Shown here in pieces: positions 40,185 to 49,364 of a stretch of DNA of 64,000 nucleotides. The DNA lies in IMG/VR virus record IMGVR_UViG_3300014205_000001, positions 317,413-381,412 of that record; one strand, 5' to 3'. The DNA is from a virus (lineage: Duplodnaviria; Heunggongvirae; Uroviricota; Caudoviricetes). The position numbers were made by a program, and so were the translations under genes. Below the pieces are notes generated by a model, which was given only the letters and a program-made list of their open reading frames with translations, searched no databases and was not told the DNA's origin. Positions within the stretch are counted from its first letter, which is position 1. The number at the start of each line of letters is the position of its first letter.

Positions 40185-40456
40185 CCCGGTGTAGCTCAGT
40201 TGGTTAGAGCACTTGTCTGATACGGATGTAATTTCCTTCAAGAACTAAACTGTTGTACAATAGTTTTATTCCCACGGAAATGGCATTAGTAGTTTTCAAA
40301 CGAAAGGATTGATAATTCGTCGACGTTTTATTGGTCTAAATAAATTTGAAAGGTATTAATGTTAATCCAATACAAGAGGCGTTCCTGTTAATGTTGGCGA
40401 AATCGAAGATGGTAGCTGGCAAGCGCGGGTCGGGGGTTCGGGTCCCTCCACCGGGA
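40185..40456 (+). ncRNA. tRNA-scaffolded RNA (Ile-GAT-like remnant) with about 155-nt anticodon-loop expansion and long variable arm
   Basis: Acceptor CCCGGTG/CACCGGG + A, D-arm GCTCAGTTGGTTAGAGC, anticodon stem CTTGT/ACAAG (40212-16/40372-76), T-arm GGGGG-TTCGGGT-CCCTC. Confidence 0.75.
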
Positions 40457-40494
40457 CATTGGTTTATTGGTCAGCGTAGGTGAGGCTTCACCTC

Positions 40495-40526
40495 AAAAAG
40501 GGTTACTTTTCAGTAACCCTTTTTTT
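40495..40526 (+). terminator. Intrinsic terminator closing the tRNA-like transcript
   Basis: AAAAAGGGTTACT / AGTAACCCTTTTTTT. Confidence 0.85.
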
Positions 40527-40573
40527 ATGCAAATAAATTTCATAGTTACAATAAAAATGATTAATTATGTAGT

Positions 40574-41137
40574 ATGAAACAACGTAAAACTCCACCTTTT
40601 CTTATCGACGAAATGTGCGATATTATTCAATTCGAATTTACAGAATTTGACCCATATTTTACTTCAATGTTAGAACCCTCTGCAGGTGAAGGTGATATGT
40701 TTGACGAACTATATTTAAATCGTTTATGTTTTGACGTGAGACGCGAAAATATTTTGTGTGTCGAATTAAACGAACAAAAAGCAAAAATTTGCGCAGATAA
40801 AAATTATCCCACCTTACGTGCTGACTTTTTGAAACATGATTTTGGTACTCGTAAATTTGACATTATTATTGCAGCTCCTCCTTTCATTAATAATGTAGAT
40901 GTTGAACACATCCAAAAAATGTATCGTTTACTTAAACCTAGTGGTATCATTGTTACATTGACAACTCCTTATTGGACAACAAACAATGAACCACATCAAG
41001 TTGTCTTTCGGGAATTTTTAAAAGATAAACGTTACTCATTAAAAATGGTACCCGACAATACTTTCATTGAGAAAGGTAAAACAGTCCCTACTGCAATATT
41101 AACTTTACATAAAAAATATACAAATGAAAATGCTTGA
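40574..41137 (+). CDS. SAM-dependent amino-methyltransferase-like protein
   Basis: Motif I LEPSAGEG, VELN, ADFL, FDIII; motif IV reads APPF instead of NPPF. Confidence 0.8.
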   Translation: MKQRKTPPFLIDEMCDIIQFEFTEFDPYFTSMLEPSAGEGDMFDELYLNRLCFDVRRENILCVELNEQKAKICADKNYPTLRADFLKHDFGTRKFDIIIAAPPFINNVDVEHIQKMYRLLKPSGIIVTLTTPYWTTNNEPHQVVFREFLKDKRYSLKMVPDNTFIEKGKTVPTAILTLHKKYTNENA

Positions 41138-41624
41138 AACACAAGAAGAAGAATTTAAACCAGGTGATAATGTTTATTATTGTTTAGGCGATCAAGGTGA
41201 TTTTGGAGGTAAAAGTGGAATTATCGACAGAATTGAAGATACAGTAGTATTTATTGTTGATCAACCTATTCCTACAGCATTGGAATATTTGCAACATAAA
41301 CGTCCTGAACCTGAAGTAATTATTTTACCTTTAAAAGAAAATTACGCTTTAGCACATTTATTTACTGTTGAACATTTGGATGCTTTAGGTTATAAAGTAA
41401 CAGATTTCAATGGAGTTTGTGGAAAAGCTAAAGAGAAAAAAGCTGGTGGTAAAAAAACTATTGCTTGGAATTTTGAAGGTATTAGTTGCGATTATTTTGG
41501 CAAACCTTTAGAACAACCCAACGTTGCTTTCGGAGTCCGTGATGACTGGGACACGCGTATTACGTTTGCAGGTTACATTCGTAATTTAACAGATTTACAA
41601 ACAGTACTAACACTTACTCGATAA
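41124..41624 (+). CDS. Hypothetical protein
   Basis: 166-aa ORF. Confidence 0.65.
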   Translation: MKMLETQEEEFKPGDNVYYCLGDQGDFGGKSGIIDRIEDTVVFIVDQPIPTALEYLQHKRPEPEVIILPLKENYALAHLFTVEHLDALGYKVTDFNGVCGKAKEKKAGGKKTIAWNFEGISCDYFGKPLEQPNVAFGVRDDWDTRITFAGYIRNLTDLQTVLTLTR

Positions 41625-42130
41625 TGAAACCATTTTGGAAAACCAATAATAATTTTCAAGTCCGTTGGAACGAACCTTTAGGGAAACCTGAATGTCCTTA
41701 CGCATATCGTTTTGTGATAATCTTTTTTGGTTATTCAATTCGTTTACATTATTGGTTACGAAGTGATGATAAAAGGTACATGCATGATCATCCGTGGAGT
41801 TTTCGTACCTTTGTGTTAAAAGGTGAATATACAGACGTATCAAGATATAATGTTACTGATTTAAACGATTTACCTGATTTGCAAGGAAGTTGTGGAATGG
41901 TTGAAGATAATAATGATCATTTTATTGTTCGTGAAACTATCAATATTACTGCATATCGTAAAGCTAATCATATTCACTATGTAGAGATTCCCAAACCCGG
42001 TGTTATCACGCTTGTATTTTGCGGTAGACCTAAACGTAAATGGGGTTTTTGGATTCCTGGACGTGAAAATTTATTACGTCCCTTAAAGTACTTTGCAAAA
42101 TACGGACATCCTCCTTGTTCAGAACAATAA
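41624..42130 (+). CDS. Cupin-fold protein
   Basis: LHYWLRSDD.RYMHDHPWSF.TFVLKG.Y...H..E...TLVFCG..KRKWGF. Confidence 0.65.
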   Translation: MKPFWKTNNNFQVRWNEPLGKPECPYAYRFVIIFFGYSIRLHYWLRSDDKRYMHDHPWSFRTFVLKGEYTDVSRYNVTDLNDLPDLQGSCGMVEDNNDHFIVRETINITAYRKANHIHYVEIPKPGVITLVFCGRPKRKWGFWIPGRENLLRPLKYFAKYGHPPCSEQ

Positions 42131-42140
42131 ATAAAATAAT

Positions 42141-42365
42141 ATGGAAGCAAAATTCCCAATGACACTTATGTATGACATGACAACTAAAAAAGTGGGTTGT
42201 GCATTAATTCAAGCAGCATGCGGTGCAACAATTGATAATTTAAATTTACAAATGATGGATTGTAACAATTGGTTTTTAGCACCCACTAAAGACATGAAAA
42301 TGTATTCTGTAAAATCGCAAGAAGAACTTAATAAAGTAATTGAAATTACGAAAAATGGAAAATAG
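42141..42365 (+). CDS. Hypothetical protein
   Basis: 74-aa ORF. Confidence 0.55.
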   Translation: MEAKFPMTLMYDMTTKKVGCALIQAACGATIDNLNLQMMDCNNWFLAPTKDMKMYSVKSQEELNKVIEITKNGK

Positions 42366-42603
42366 TTCAAAACATATTGAATGGCGTAAAAAGAATAGTT
42401 ATTGGCTTCAAACTTCGGTTGATATTGCAAATAAAATTTTGCAAGCGTTAGATGAACAAAATTTAACCAAAGACGATTTGAATCGTAAAACAAAAATTTC
42501 AAAAATAAAAATCAACAAAATGTTGAATGGAAAATACGACTTTTCACTGAAGCAATTAATTAAAATTGAAGTTGCTTTAAATATCAATTTAATTTGCAAA
42601 TAA
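42355..42603 (+). CDS. XRE-family helix-turn-helix protein
   Basis: LTKDDLNRKTKISKIKINKMLNGKYDFSLKQLIKIEVAL. Confidence 0.7.
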   Translation: MENSSKHIEWRKKNSYWLQTSVDIANKILQALDEQNLTKDDLNRKTKISKIKINKMLNGKYDFSLKQLIKIEVALNINLICK

Positions 42604-42629
42604 AAAGCCGCTAACACGTAGCGGCTTTT
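42602..42629. terminator. Bidirectional terminator
   Basis: AAAAAGCCGCTA / TAGCGGCTTTT. Confidence 0.8.
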
Positions 42630-42802
42630 ATTTTATTTGTCCTATTGTCCAGATAGGAGTGGGCTTGTTACTGGAATAACTTTTAACCGTGCATTGCGTC
42701 TTTTTCCATTTAGGCTCAAAGATTTTTCACTTTATAAGTATCTGCGATCACCCTAGCAGAATAGGTGCCTGAGTATTTGCTCCGCCACTGTTTACAAATA
42801 TT

Positions 42803-43315
42803 TTAACGATTCCATTTAATTTCTTTTTTATCATGAAAACATCGTGCTGATAATACATCACATGCATGGCAAAATCCTGCCAATTCATTCATAATTCGTG
42901 TCGTTTTACTATATTCATGACCTTCACCATGAATGTAGGTGAGAGCGTTAAGTTCCTCTTCAGTAAAATTTATATTATATTTTTCTGGTAAGGTGGAAGT
43001 ATAGTAATGTTTTTTATCGATATAAAAAACTTCATATTCACTTTTCCAAATTTTTTCAATATCGTGAAAGAATAACACAATAAATACTGAATCTAAACTA
43101 AATTTGAAATTTTTATCTAAAATATTATGTAAGTTAATTGCTATTTCATAACACTGAACGATATGATCGTAATAGCCACCTTCCCAACTTTGGTGATTGT
43201 GACCCGAACCTGGTGCTTTGATAATTAAATCCCAATACTTTTCTTCAAATTTCTTTAAAGCTAAATAACGTGAATCGTTTGTTGAGATGACGTGTTCAAT
43301 TAAACTAATTTTCAT
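42803..43315 (-). CDS. HD-domain phosphohydrolase
   Basis: H..W.GG..DH...FHDIEK...HG...HACD. Confidence 0.78.
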   Translation of the reverse strand: MKISLIEHVISTNDSRYLALKKFEEKYWDLIIKAPGSGHNHQSWEGGYYDHIVQCYEIAINLHNILDKNFKFSLDSVFIVLFFHDIEKIWKSEYEVFYIDKKHYYTSTLPEKYNINFTEEELNALTYIHGEGHEYSKTTRIMNELAGFCHACDVLSARCFHDKKEIKWNR

Positions 43316-43505
43316 TTACTTTTGATTGTTCGTTCGTTACTTTACCTTGAGCAGCAGCTGCTATCACTGAACCATAAGTTTTATCAAAATTATCAATTGC
43401 GCGTTGTGCTTCATCAATATAGCTACTTTCGTTATAAATTTCACGTTCAAGACGTGTATTCATTAAATTACGCTGATTTAGCAATGCTAATATTATTTCG
43501 TTCAT
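43305..43505 (-). CDS. Hypothetical protein
   Basis: Immediately after the minus-strand promoter copy at 43509-43520. Confidence 0.6.
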   Translation of the reverse strand: MNEIILALLNQRNLMNTRLEREIYNESSYIDEAQRAIDNFDKTYGSVIAAAAQGKVTNEQSKVNEN

Positions 43506-43700
43506 AATACAATTATATGCATTATTTTAAATATTTATCCATATACCATTCGTATGCTGGTAATGTAACAAATAAACTACCCGCTAAAGATATTAGATTT
43601 CCTAATAACGTAGTTGCACCTAATGAAAAATAGATGATGCTACAATACCCTGTAATTAAACATAAAAGTATTCCTAAGTATTTTAATATTTGTTGTATCA

Positions 43701-44777
43701 TTATTGTTGATTAAATAAATGTGCACCACGTTTCAATTTCAAACGATTATAATTTTGTACAATGTTGTACAATTTATCGATTGTAGTTAAATCTTTTTTA
43801 ATTGATTTCAATGGTTTAGAATATAAATCTTCACGAATTTGTTCAGGTCCTTTACTACCTAAAATATCACTTTTCCAAAAATGATATTTATATAAGAATC
43901 CCATTAATTTAGGTTCAGCTTTTTCCCAAGTACATACTGCATAAAAATCAGTTTCTTTGTGATTTTTGCTAATTTTTAAATTATCATCTTTCGTAGATTT
44001 CACGTCAATATTAATTTGAGTTTCATTGATTGTGAATAAAATATCGATACCTAAATAATCTTTCTTAGTGTCCCATTCCATTGTTACAGCATAACCTGCA
44101 TCTTTTAATAAAAGATACGTTCTAATTTGTGCATATAAACCTGTTGCAATGTTTTTAATTTTTGTAACTTCACCACGTTGACCAATATCTGCAAATTGTT
44201 TATGAAAATTTGTTGCATATTCAAGGCATAGAGTTTTTAATTCTTTCGTATTATAACTATCCAATAGTTTTACGAATACACTAGATTTCAGTGATTTCAA
44301 TGTTAAAGCACAACGATGTGGCAATTGATCTATCCAAAAATATACGCTTTTACCGTTTTTACCTTTTAATCCAAATTCGAACCAATCGTTCAGATTAACT
44401 AATTGCAAAAAGATAATTTCACCAATTTCTTCATCCAAATAATATAGTGGACATTGAATTAAATTTAAAAGATCATTGTCTTCTAAATCTGAATATTCTT
44501 TAGGTAATATTGAACGTAACGTATTGAAATACGAGAAGTTGAAACTAATTGTTTTAGATGTACAAAACAAAGGTACGATTAAAGAAATTAATCGATCACC
44601 TAATTTAACGCCAAAGACGTTTTCAACTAAACCGTTGCTATTTTTATTTTCGAACTCAACACCAAATGCAGTTGTTTTTTCTGATTTGTATGCTTTTAAG
44701 ATGTTTTTGAAATTAGTTTCTGCTGTTATTTTAGCAGCAATTTCACTTCCTTTTAATTTAGGCATGGCTGATGTCAT
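43701..44777 (-). CDS. Hypothetical protein with C-terminal PD-(D/E)xK nuclease-like motif
   Basis: GIDILFTINETQINIDVKST. Confidence 0.6.
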   Translation of the reverse strand: MTSAMPKLKGSEIAAKITAETNFKNILKAYKSEKTTAFGVEFENKNSNGLVENVFGVKLGDRLISLIVPLFCTSKTISFNFSYFNTLRSILPKEYSDLEDNDLLNLIQCPLYYLDEEIGEIIFLQLVNLNDWFEFGLKGKNGKSVYFWIDQLPHRCALTLKSLKSSVFVKLLDSYNTKELKTLCLEYATNFHKQFADIGQRGEVTKIKNIATGLYAQIRTYLLLKDAGYAVTMEWDTKKDYLGIDILFTINETQINIDVKSTKDDNLKISKNHKETDFYAVCTWEKAEPKLMGFLYKYHFWKSDILGSKGPEQIREDLYSKPLKSIKKDLTTIDKLYNIVQNYNRLKLKRGAHLFNQQ

Positions 44778-45102
44778 TTATCTTGATTTTACTTTTTTTT
44801 ATGTTTTTAATCACTGAGACTCCGTCACAAATACCTAATTCAATTGAAGTATTTGTACGTTCAATTACTTTACACCAAGTATTGTTGATATAAATATAAT
44901 TTCCTTTTTTAGTTTTCAGTTGTTCTTTCGTGAACACAAGATCACTTGTTGATAGTGTCTGTGCCAATTTATCACAATGTTGTTCTAAATCTTTTGTGAC
45001 ACCTTGCATACATTGTAATGCTTCACCTAATCGTTGTTCTTCAATTAAGCATTTAATATAGTCAACTTGCGTGATAAGTACTGTGTCGATGTTGTTGTTC
45101 AT
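44758..45102 (-). CDS. Hypothetical protein
   Basis: 114-aa ORF. Confidence 0.55.
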   Translation of the reverse strand: MNNNIDTVLITQVDYIKCLIEEQRLGEALQCMQGVTKDLEQHCDKLAQTLSTSDLVFTKEQLKTKKGNYIYINNTWCKVIERTNTSIELGICDGVSVIKNIKKSKIKINDISHA

Positions 45103-45141
45103 TATTAAGAGTTATATAAGTAAGTTAAAAATTTGTTTATG

Positions 45142-45483
45142 TTAAAATAACTTTTTTGCAAAAAGTCGCAATCTTTTATTTGTTCTTGTATCTGTAAAAA
45201 TTAATGCGGGTGCTTTATCCCCCGGATTTGACGCAGTAGGCTCGTTAAACTTAATTCGCATTTCATCGCCATTGGGTACAAATGCGAATGGAATAGGCGT
45301 ATCATCATCAAACTGCAAATAGACTGTCCATACATTGTCACCTTCGTTAGGAATTTTATTATATGTTGGAGGATAAATTTCAATTTTTTCATTAGGATTT
45401 ATTTCGTTTCTTTTATTCTTTTCGTCCCCGCCTGAATCGAAAATGCCACCTAAATCTTCAATAATGTTTTTCATGTTAATCAT
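45142..45483 (-). CDS. Hypothetical protein
   Basis: 113-aa ORF following the helicase. Confidence 0.6.
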   Translation of the reverse strand: MINMKNIIEDLGGIFDSGGDEKNKRNEINPNEKIEIYPPTYNKIPNEGDNVWTVYLQFDDDTPIPFAFVPNGDEMRIKFNEPTASNPGDKAPALIFTDTRTNKRLRLFAKKLF

Positions 45484-45489
45484 TTATTT

Positions 45490-47130
45490 TTATTCTACAT
45501 ATTGGATCGCATCCTTGACCCATTTGGGTATATATTTACCACTCCATTTTAGTACATCACCAAAACATGAATCTAATATATACGTGTTTGCATTATCTGT
45601 CATACTACGAACACTTCTACCATAACTTTGTACTAAATCTCTTACAGTAGTCAATGGGTAATATTCTTTCATTGTTTCCATTCGTTGTTTGATTTTTTTA
45701 GAACCTAAATTAGGATATGGAATTTTTAATATTGTTTGATGACGTGAATAATCATCTTTTAAATCGACACCTTCGTGCATAGAAGGCGAACATAAAACTG
45801 TAGGTTCTTTTGAATTATAATGTTGTTGTAATAATTCTGAACGATTAGTTGAATCATGACTTAAAATACGATTTTCATTTATATCTCTGGTTACCCAAGA
45901 TTGAATTTCGTAATTTGCTGTATGTATTATTCCTTTATCGTTTTTATGTTTCTTTAAAATTTTCTTTAACGTTGGTAATTGTGCTCCCCACGTAATTTCT
46001 TTTGTTTTAAACGTTTGTTTACCTGTTTTATGGAAATAATAAATAGGACGATTTTCTACTGGGAAAGGAGAATCTAAACTGATATATGCAGTATCGTTCG
46101 GTTCAAGTGCATTCATTTGACAAAATAATTGTTTGTCTAATATAGTACCTGACATGAAAATAACATAATCATAACGTGACCAAACTTTTTCTTGTAGATA
46201 TGGATATGCCCAAACGGGCTGTGCAGTTAATTCCCAATACTGATCGTTAATTTTTTTATCTTTACCATAACGTTTTACAAGTTCTGCTTCTAAAATCCAA
46301 TTATCGGGAAATTTTTCGTACTCTTCAGCTAACATATCCCATTTTAAAAAATGATTTCCTAAAGACTGTACAGCTTTTAAACTTTCCATTGAACCTTCTT
46401 CAGCTTCACGAGTTAATCGAGTAATTGTTGATTTTACTATATCTAAAAAAGGTCCTTTAATAATTTCAACAAATTGATGCATGGTTAGATTTTCTAAATC
46501 GTTACCAAAACAATTCATCGCTCTATTAATTTCCTCATCATTTAATCCGTTACGTTTTAAAAGATTTTTAGAAACTTTTGTTGTAATAAAGTCGCAAAAC
46601 ACAGATTCAAAATCATGTGCTTCATCAATAATTAATACACGGCTACTACGTTTCCATGCCATAGGCATGTAACACATGTAAGTTAAAAATAAATGGAAAT
46701 TTGTTAATGCTACATCACCTTTTTCAAAACGAAATTTTGCGATTGCATAAGGACACATATCGCATTTTACTTTTTGAATACGAGCAAATTCAGCACCTGT
46801 ACCACAATCACATTTATATCGTTCACATTCATAACTACCTTTACCCCACAATGAGTTCATAAAATCAAATTCATTGGTGTATTGTTCTTGTAGAATTTTT
46901 GAATTCGTTAGTAAATCAAATTGAGCAGAAATATCGTAATGACGTTTAAACCAATCCATGAACATAACTGCATAGACACTTTTACCAATACCTACTGGTG
47001 CATCAATTAAAATAAACTTCATATTATTTAATATAGAAGTTTTAGTAAACTCTGTAAGAGTTACTTGATCGGGCCGAGGTTGTTTTTCAACTCGTATATT
47101 CTTGAGGTCGTAAATATCTATATCTTGCAT
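45490..47130 (-). CDS. DinG/XPD-family SF2 helicase
   Basis: APVGIGKS, IIDEAHD, MSGTI, H..NY, EGVD, Q.YGR.VR...D; Cys cluster. Confidence 0.88.
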   Translation of the reverse strand: MQDIDIYDLKNIRVEKQPRPDQVTLTEFTKTSILNNMKFILIDAPVGIGKSVYAVMFMDWFKRHYDISAQFDLLTNSKILQEQYTNEFDFMNSLWGKGSYECERYKCDCGTGAEFARIQKVKCDMCPYAIAKFRFEKGDVALTNFHLFLTYMCYMPMAWKRSSRVLIIDEAHDFESVFCDFITTKVSKNLLKRNGLNDEEINRAMNCFGNDLENLTMHQFVEIIKGPFLDIVKSTITRLTREAEEGSMESLKAVQSLGNHFLKWDMLAEEYEKFPDNWILEAELVKRYGKDKKINDQYWELTAQPVWAYPYLQEKVWSRYDYVIFMSGTILDKQLFCQMNALEPNDTAYISLDSPFPVENRPIYYFHKTGKQTFKTKEITWGAQLPTLKKILKKHKNDKGIIHTANYEIQSWVTRDINENRILSHDSTNRSELLQQHYNSKEPTVLCSPSMHEGVDLKDDYSRHQTILKIPYPNLGSKKIKQRMETMKEYYPLTTVRDLVQSYGRSVRSMTDNANTYILDSCFGDVLKWSGKYIPKWVKDAIQYVE

Positions 47131-47179
47131 TATAGATATTATATGTTAAATGAGGTTTTTTGTTTTACTGAAACGTAAA

Positions 47180-47704
47180 TTAACTTATCACACTGCTGTA
47201 TTCGTAAGTAGGTGTCATTGTTCTGGCATCAGGCGCATCTTGTAATATAAAAATACAATCACCTTCATATCCTGCTGTTTTATATGGAATTAATACTGTA
47301 TCAGGAAAAGTATTGCCTAAATCATACAATTTAGTTACTTCTTGATTTAAATCTTTCCAAATCACCATCGGATTTTTATAGCGTGTTCTATCTCCAGCTG
47401 CCCATTCATTATGTTGAGCTGCAAATTCTTTCCAATTAGAAATTATACAAGTTAATGTTTTTACATTTTCTTTAATCGCTTTAATACCAATAATATTGAT
47501 TTTAGGAATATACCAGTCAGGTTGACCTAAATAAGGGCTGTCTTCAGTAACAGAAACTAATATTTTATCACGTTTTAATTCAACAACTCGAACCGAAATT
47601 AAATCTTCGGTAATTGGATGATGTATAAATATCAAATCACCTGCTGAAAATTTAAGATTTTCAACGATTTGTACTATTTGGTCTTTCGAAAGAATGTGTT
47701 TCAT
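47180..47704 (-). CDS. Hypothetical protein
   Basis: 174 aa; AATATATAG upstream. Confidence 0.65.
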   Translation of the reverse strand: MKHILSKDQIVQIVENLKFSAGDLIFIHHPITEDLISVRVVELKRDKILVSVTEDSPYLGQPDWYIPKINIIGIKAIKENVKTLTCIISNWKEFAAQHNEWAAGDRTRYKNPMVIWKDLNQEVTKLYDLGNTFPDTVLIPYKTAGYEGDCIFILQDAPDARTMTPTYEYSSVIS

Positions 47705-47809
47705 GCTAACAATGTTATATTTCTATATATTAAATAGTTTAAAGTGACCCTTTAAGTTTTTGGGACAGATATGATATAATTAAAAATAATATAAAATAAA
47801 ATATTATGA

Positions 47810-48364
47810 ATGTGGTCTAAAACTATTATCAGATTGTTTTATATAAGACTTATGATGATTAAACGTGCAGTTTTATTAGGGTATTCCCTTCGGGATTATA
47901 AATCTGATTTAAAAGAAGGTGATTTAGTTACTATTGATAATGGTTATGATGATCAATTATTCATTTTAGATAAAATTGACCCAAGATATGGTAAACGGAA
48001 AGATGAACCCGATACTGCATTCAAATATTTAATTAAAGGTCAATATAATATTGATCAGCACATTAATTATGAACGTACTGAAATTTCAAAAGCACATTTA
48101 GCATTTTTTGATTATCAAAAGTATTATAAAGAAGGTAAACGAATTTTATTGGGAGGAATTTCAGCCGAAGATTTAACTTACATAAAAGCCAAACATGCGA
48201 ATGATTTAGAATTACCTTTTAGTGAATTTCATAAAATTTCTTTAACTGATCTTATTGGTTTAGATTTTTATGGTTCTACTGTTAATAAAGAATTGTATTA
48301 CGAAAATAGTCCCGGTACAGGTGTAACAGTGATTCAATATTTTAAAATAGAAAAACCTGAATAG
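47810..48364 (+). CDS. Hypothetical protein
   Basis: 184 aa; start uncertain. Confidence 0.6.
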   Translation: MWSKTIIRLFYIRLMMIKRAVLLGYSLRDYKSDLKEGDLVTIDNGYDDQLFILDKIDPRYGKRKDEPDTAFKYLIKGQYNIDQHINYERTEISKAHLAFFDYQKYYKEGKRILLGGISAEDLTYIKAKHANDLELPFSEFHKISLTDLIGLDFYGSTVNKELYYENSPGTGVTVIQYFKIEKPE

Positions 48365-48403
48365 TAATTTTCACGATTCATAGTAAATGTTTATAATTGT
48401 AAC

Positions 48404-48799
48404 ATGAAAGTTGCTAAAACATATCTTCAAGAATTATCTACTGATAAAATTTTACAAATAGTAGAAGAAATGAAGAAACCTTCTCATTCAATAAAATCAC
48501 CATTACGTAAAGTAATCAATGAAATTTTTGGGGAGAATACAGGAATATTTGTTTTACGTATTCAGGAATTACTTTGGCCCATATTAGAAATATTGGCTGA
48601 ACGTACTGAAGATTTACCAAAAGGTAAGAAAACTTTAAAAGATGAAAAAATTCGTCAATTGGCACCTAAAATGTATAAAGCAATTGATAAGTTGATTAAC
48701 TGTGATCATCAGGAACATTTAATTGTAAGATTGAATGACCCAGAAACAGAAGCAGTTGAATCAATGAAAAAGATTTTAGTATCGATTGAAAAATATTAA
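48404..48799 (+). CDS. Hypothetical protein
   Basis: ATG 3 nt after the promoter copy at 48389. Confidence 0.65.
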   Translation: MKVAKTYLQELSTDKILQIVEEMKKPSHSIKSPLRKVINEIFGENTGIFVLRIQELLWPILEILAERTEDLPKGKKTLKDEKIRQLAPKMYKAIDKLINCDHQEHLIVRLNDPETEAVESMKKILVSIEKY

Positions 48800-48807
48800 C
48801 GTTCTTT

Positions 48808-49040
48808 AAAAATACGCAACTGATAAGGGAACACACGGTCGACCTATATGTGGATAACGTAAGGGTCAACTACTGGGTTTAACAAAATTAGTTGAATGCG
48901 AATAGGTAAATAACCACGTAGTCGGCAGATACGCCGTGACACAAAACAGAAGTTAGATTGGTGTCTTCGTCTATTCCAATAAAGGTTCAACTGAGCGACG
49001 TGAAACAGCTATATAACACCAGTAATTGATGCGTATTTTT
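48808..49040 (+). ncRNA. Candidate structured ncRNA (about 230 nt)
   Basis: Perfect 11-bp terminal stem AAAAATACGCA/TGCGTATTTTT; GC-richer than its flanks; no ORF; boxA-like CGTTCTTTAAAA at the 5' end. Confidence 0.55.
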
Positions 49041-49056
49041 ATTTTAAAAATAATAA

Positions 49057-49317
49057 ATGAAAGAATCAATTAAATTCATATTTATCGAATCAGTAGGTGA
49101 TAATTCACTACGTGGTAGTATTTATGTAAAATACGGAATTGAAATATTCAGCAATAATAACATTGCTGAACACCAATGGATAATCCGTATAGGACAAGGA
49201 GTTAATCGTTTTGAAATGATTACTGAACAGTGTAAAGAATTAGGCATTACAGATTATTTGATTACATATCTTGAGCAATCAAGTAGCAATTCAAATTTTT
49301 TTATGAATAAATCTTAA
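49057..49317 (+). CDS. Hypothetical protein
   Basis: 86-aa ORF. Confidence 0.55.
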   Translation: MKESIKFIFIESVGDNSLRGSIYVKYGIEIFSNNNIAEHQWIIRIGQGVNRFEMITEQCKELGITDYLITYLEQSSSNSNFFMNKS

Positions 49318-49364
49318 ACAAAGCAAAAATTTTTACATATATAGACTTACAAACCAAAATTAAT

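Noticed and set aside
40280-40312. Mini-ORF MALVVFKRKD inside the tRNA-like RNA
   Set aside because: It is buried in an 18-bp helix, lacks a tmRNA-like resume context, and an ORF this short is expected by chance.
40185-40456. tmRNA or group I intron-containing tRNA
   Set aside because: No G3:U70 alanine identity and a canonical D-stem is present. The group I U-before-5'-splice-site/terminal-G pairing does not restore a proper loop, and P7 was not found. A formal Infernal search is still needed.
48808-49040. Hammerhead ribozyme (CTGA...GAAAC near 48990-49008)
   Set aside because: The core reads CTGAGCG rather than CUGANGA, and stems I-III could not be assembled.
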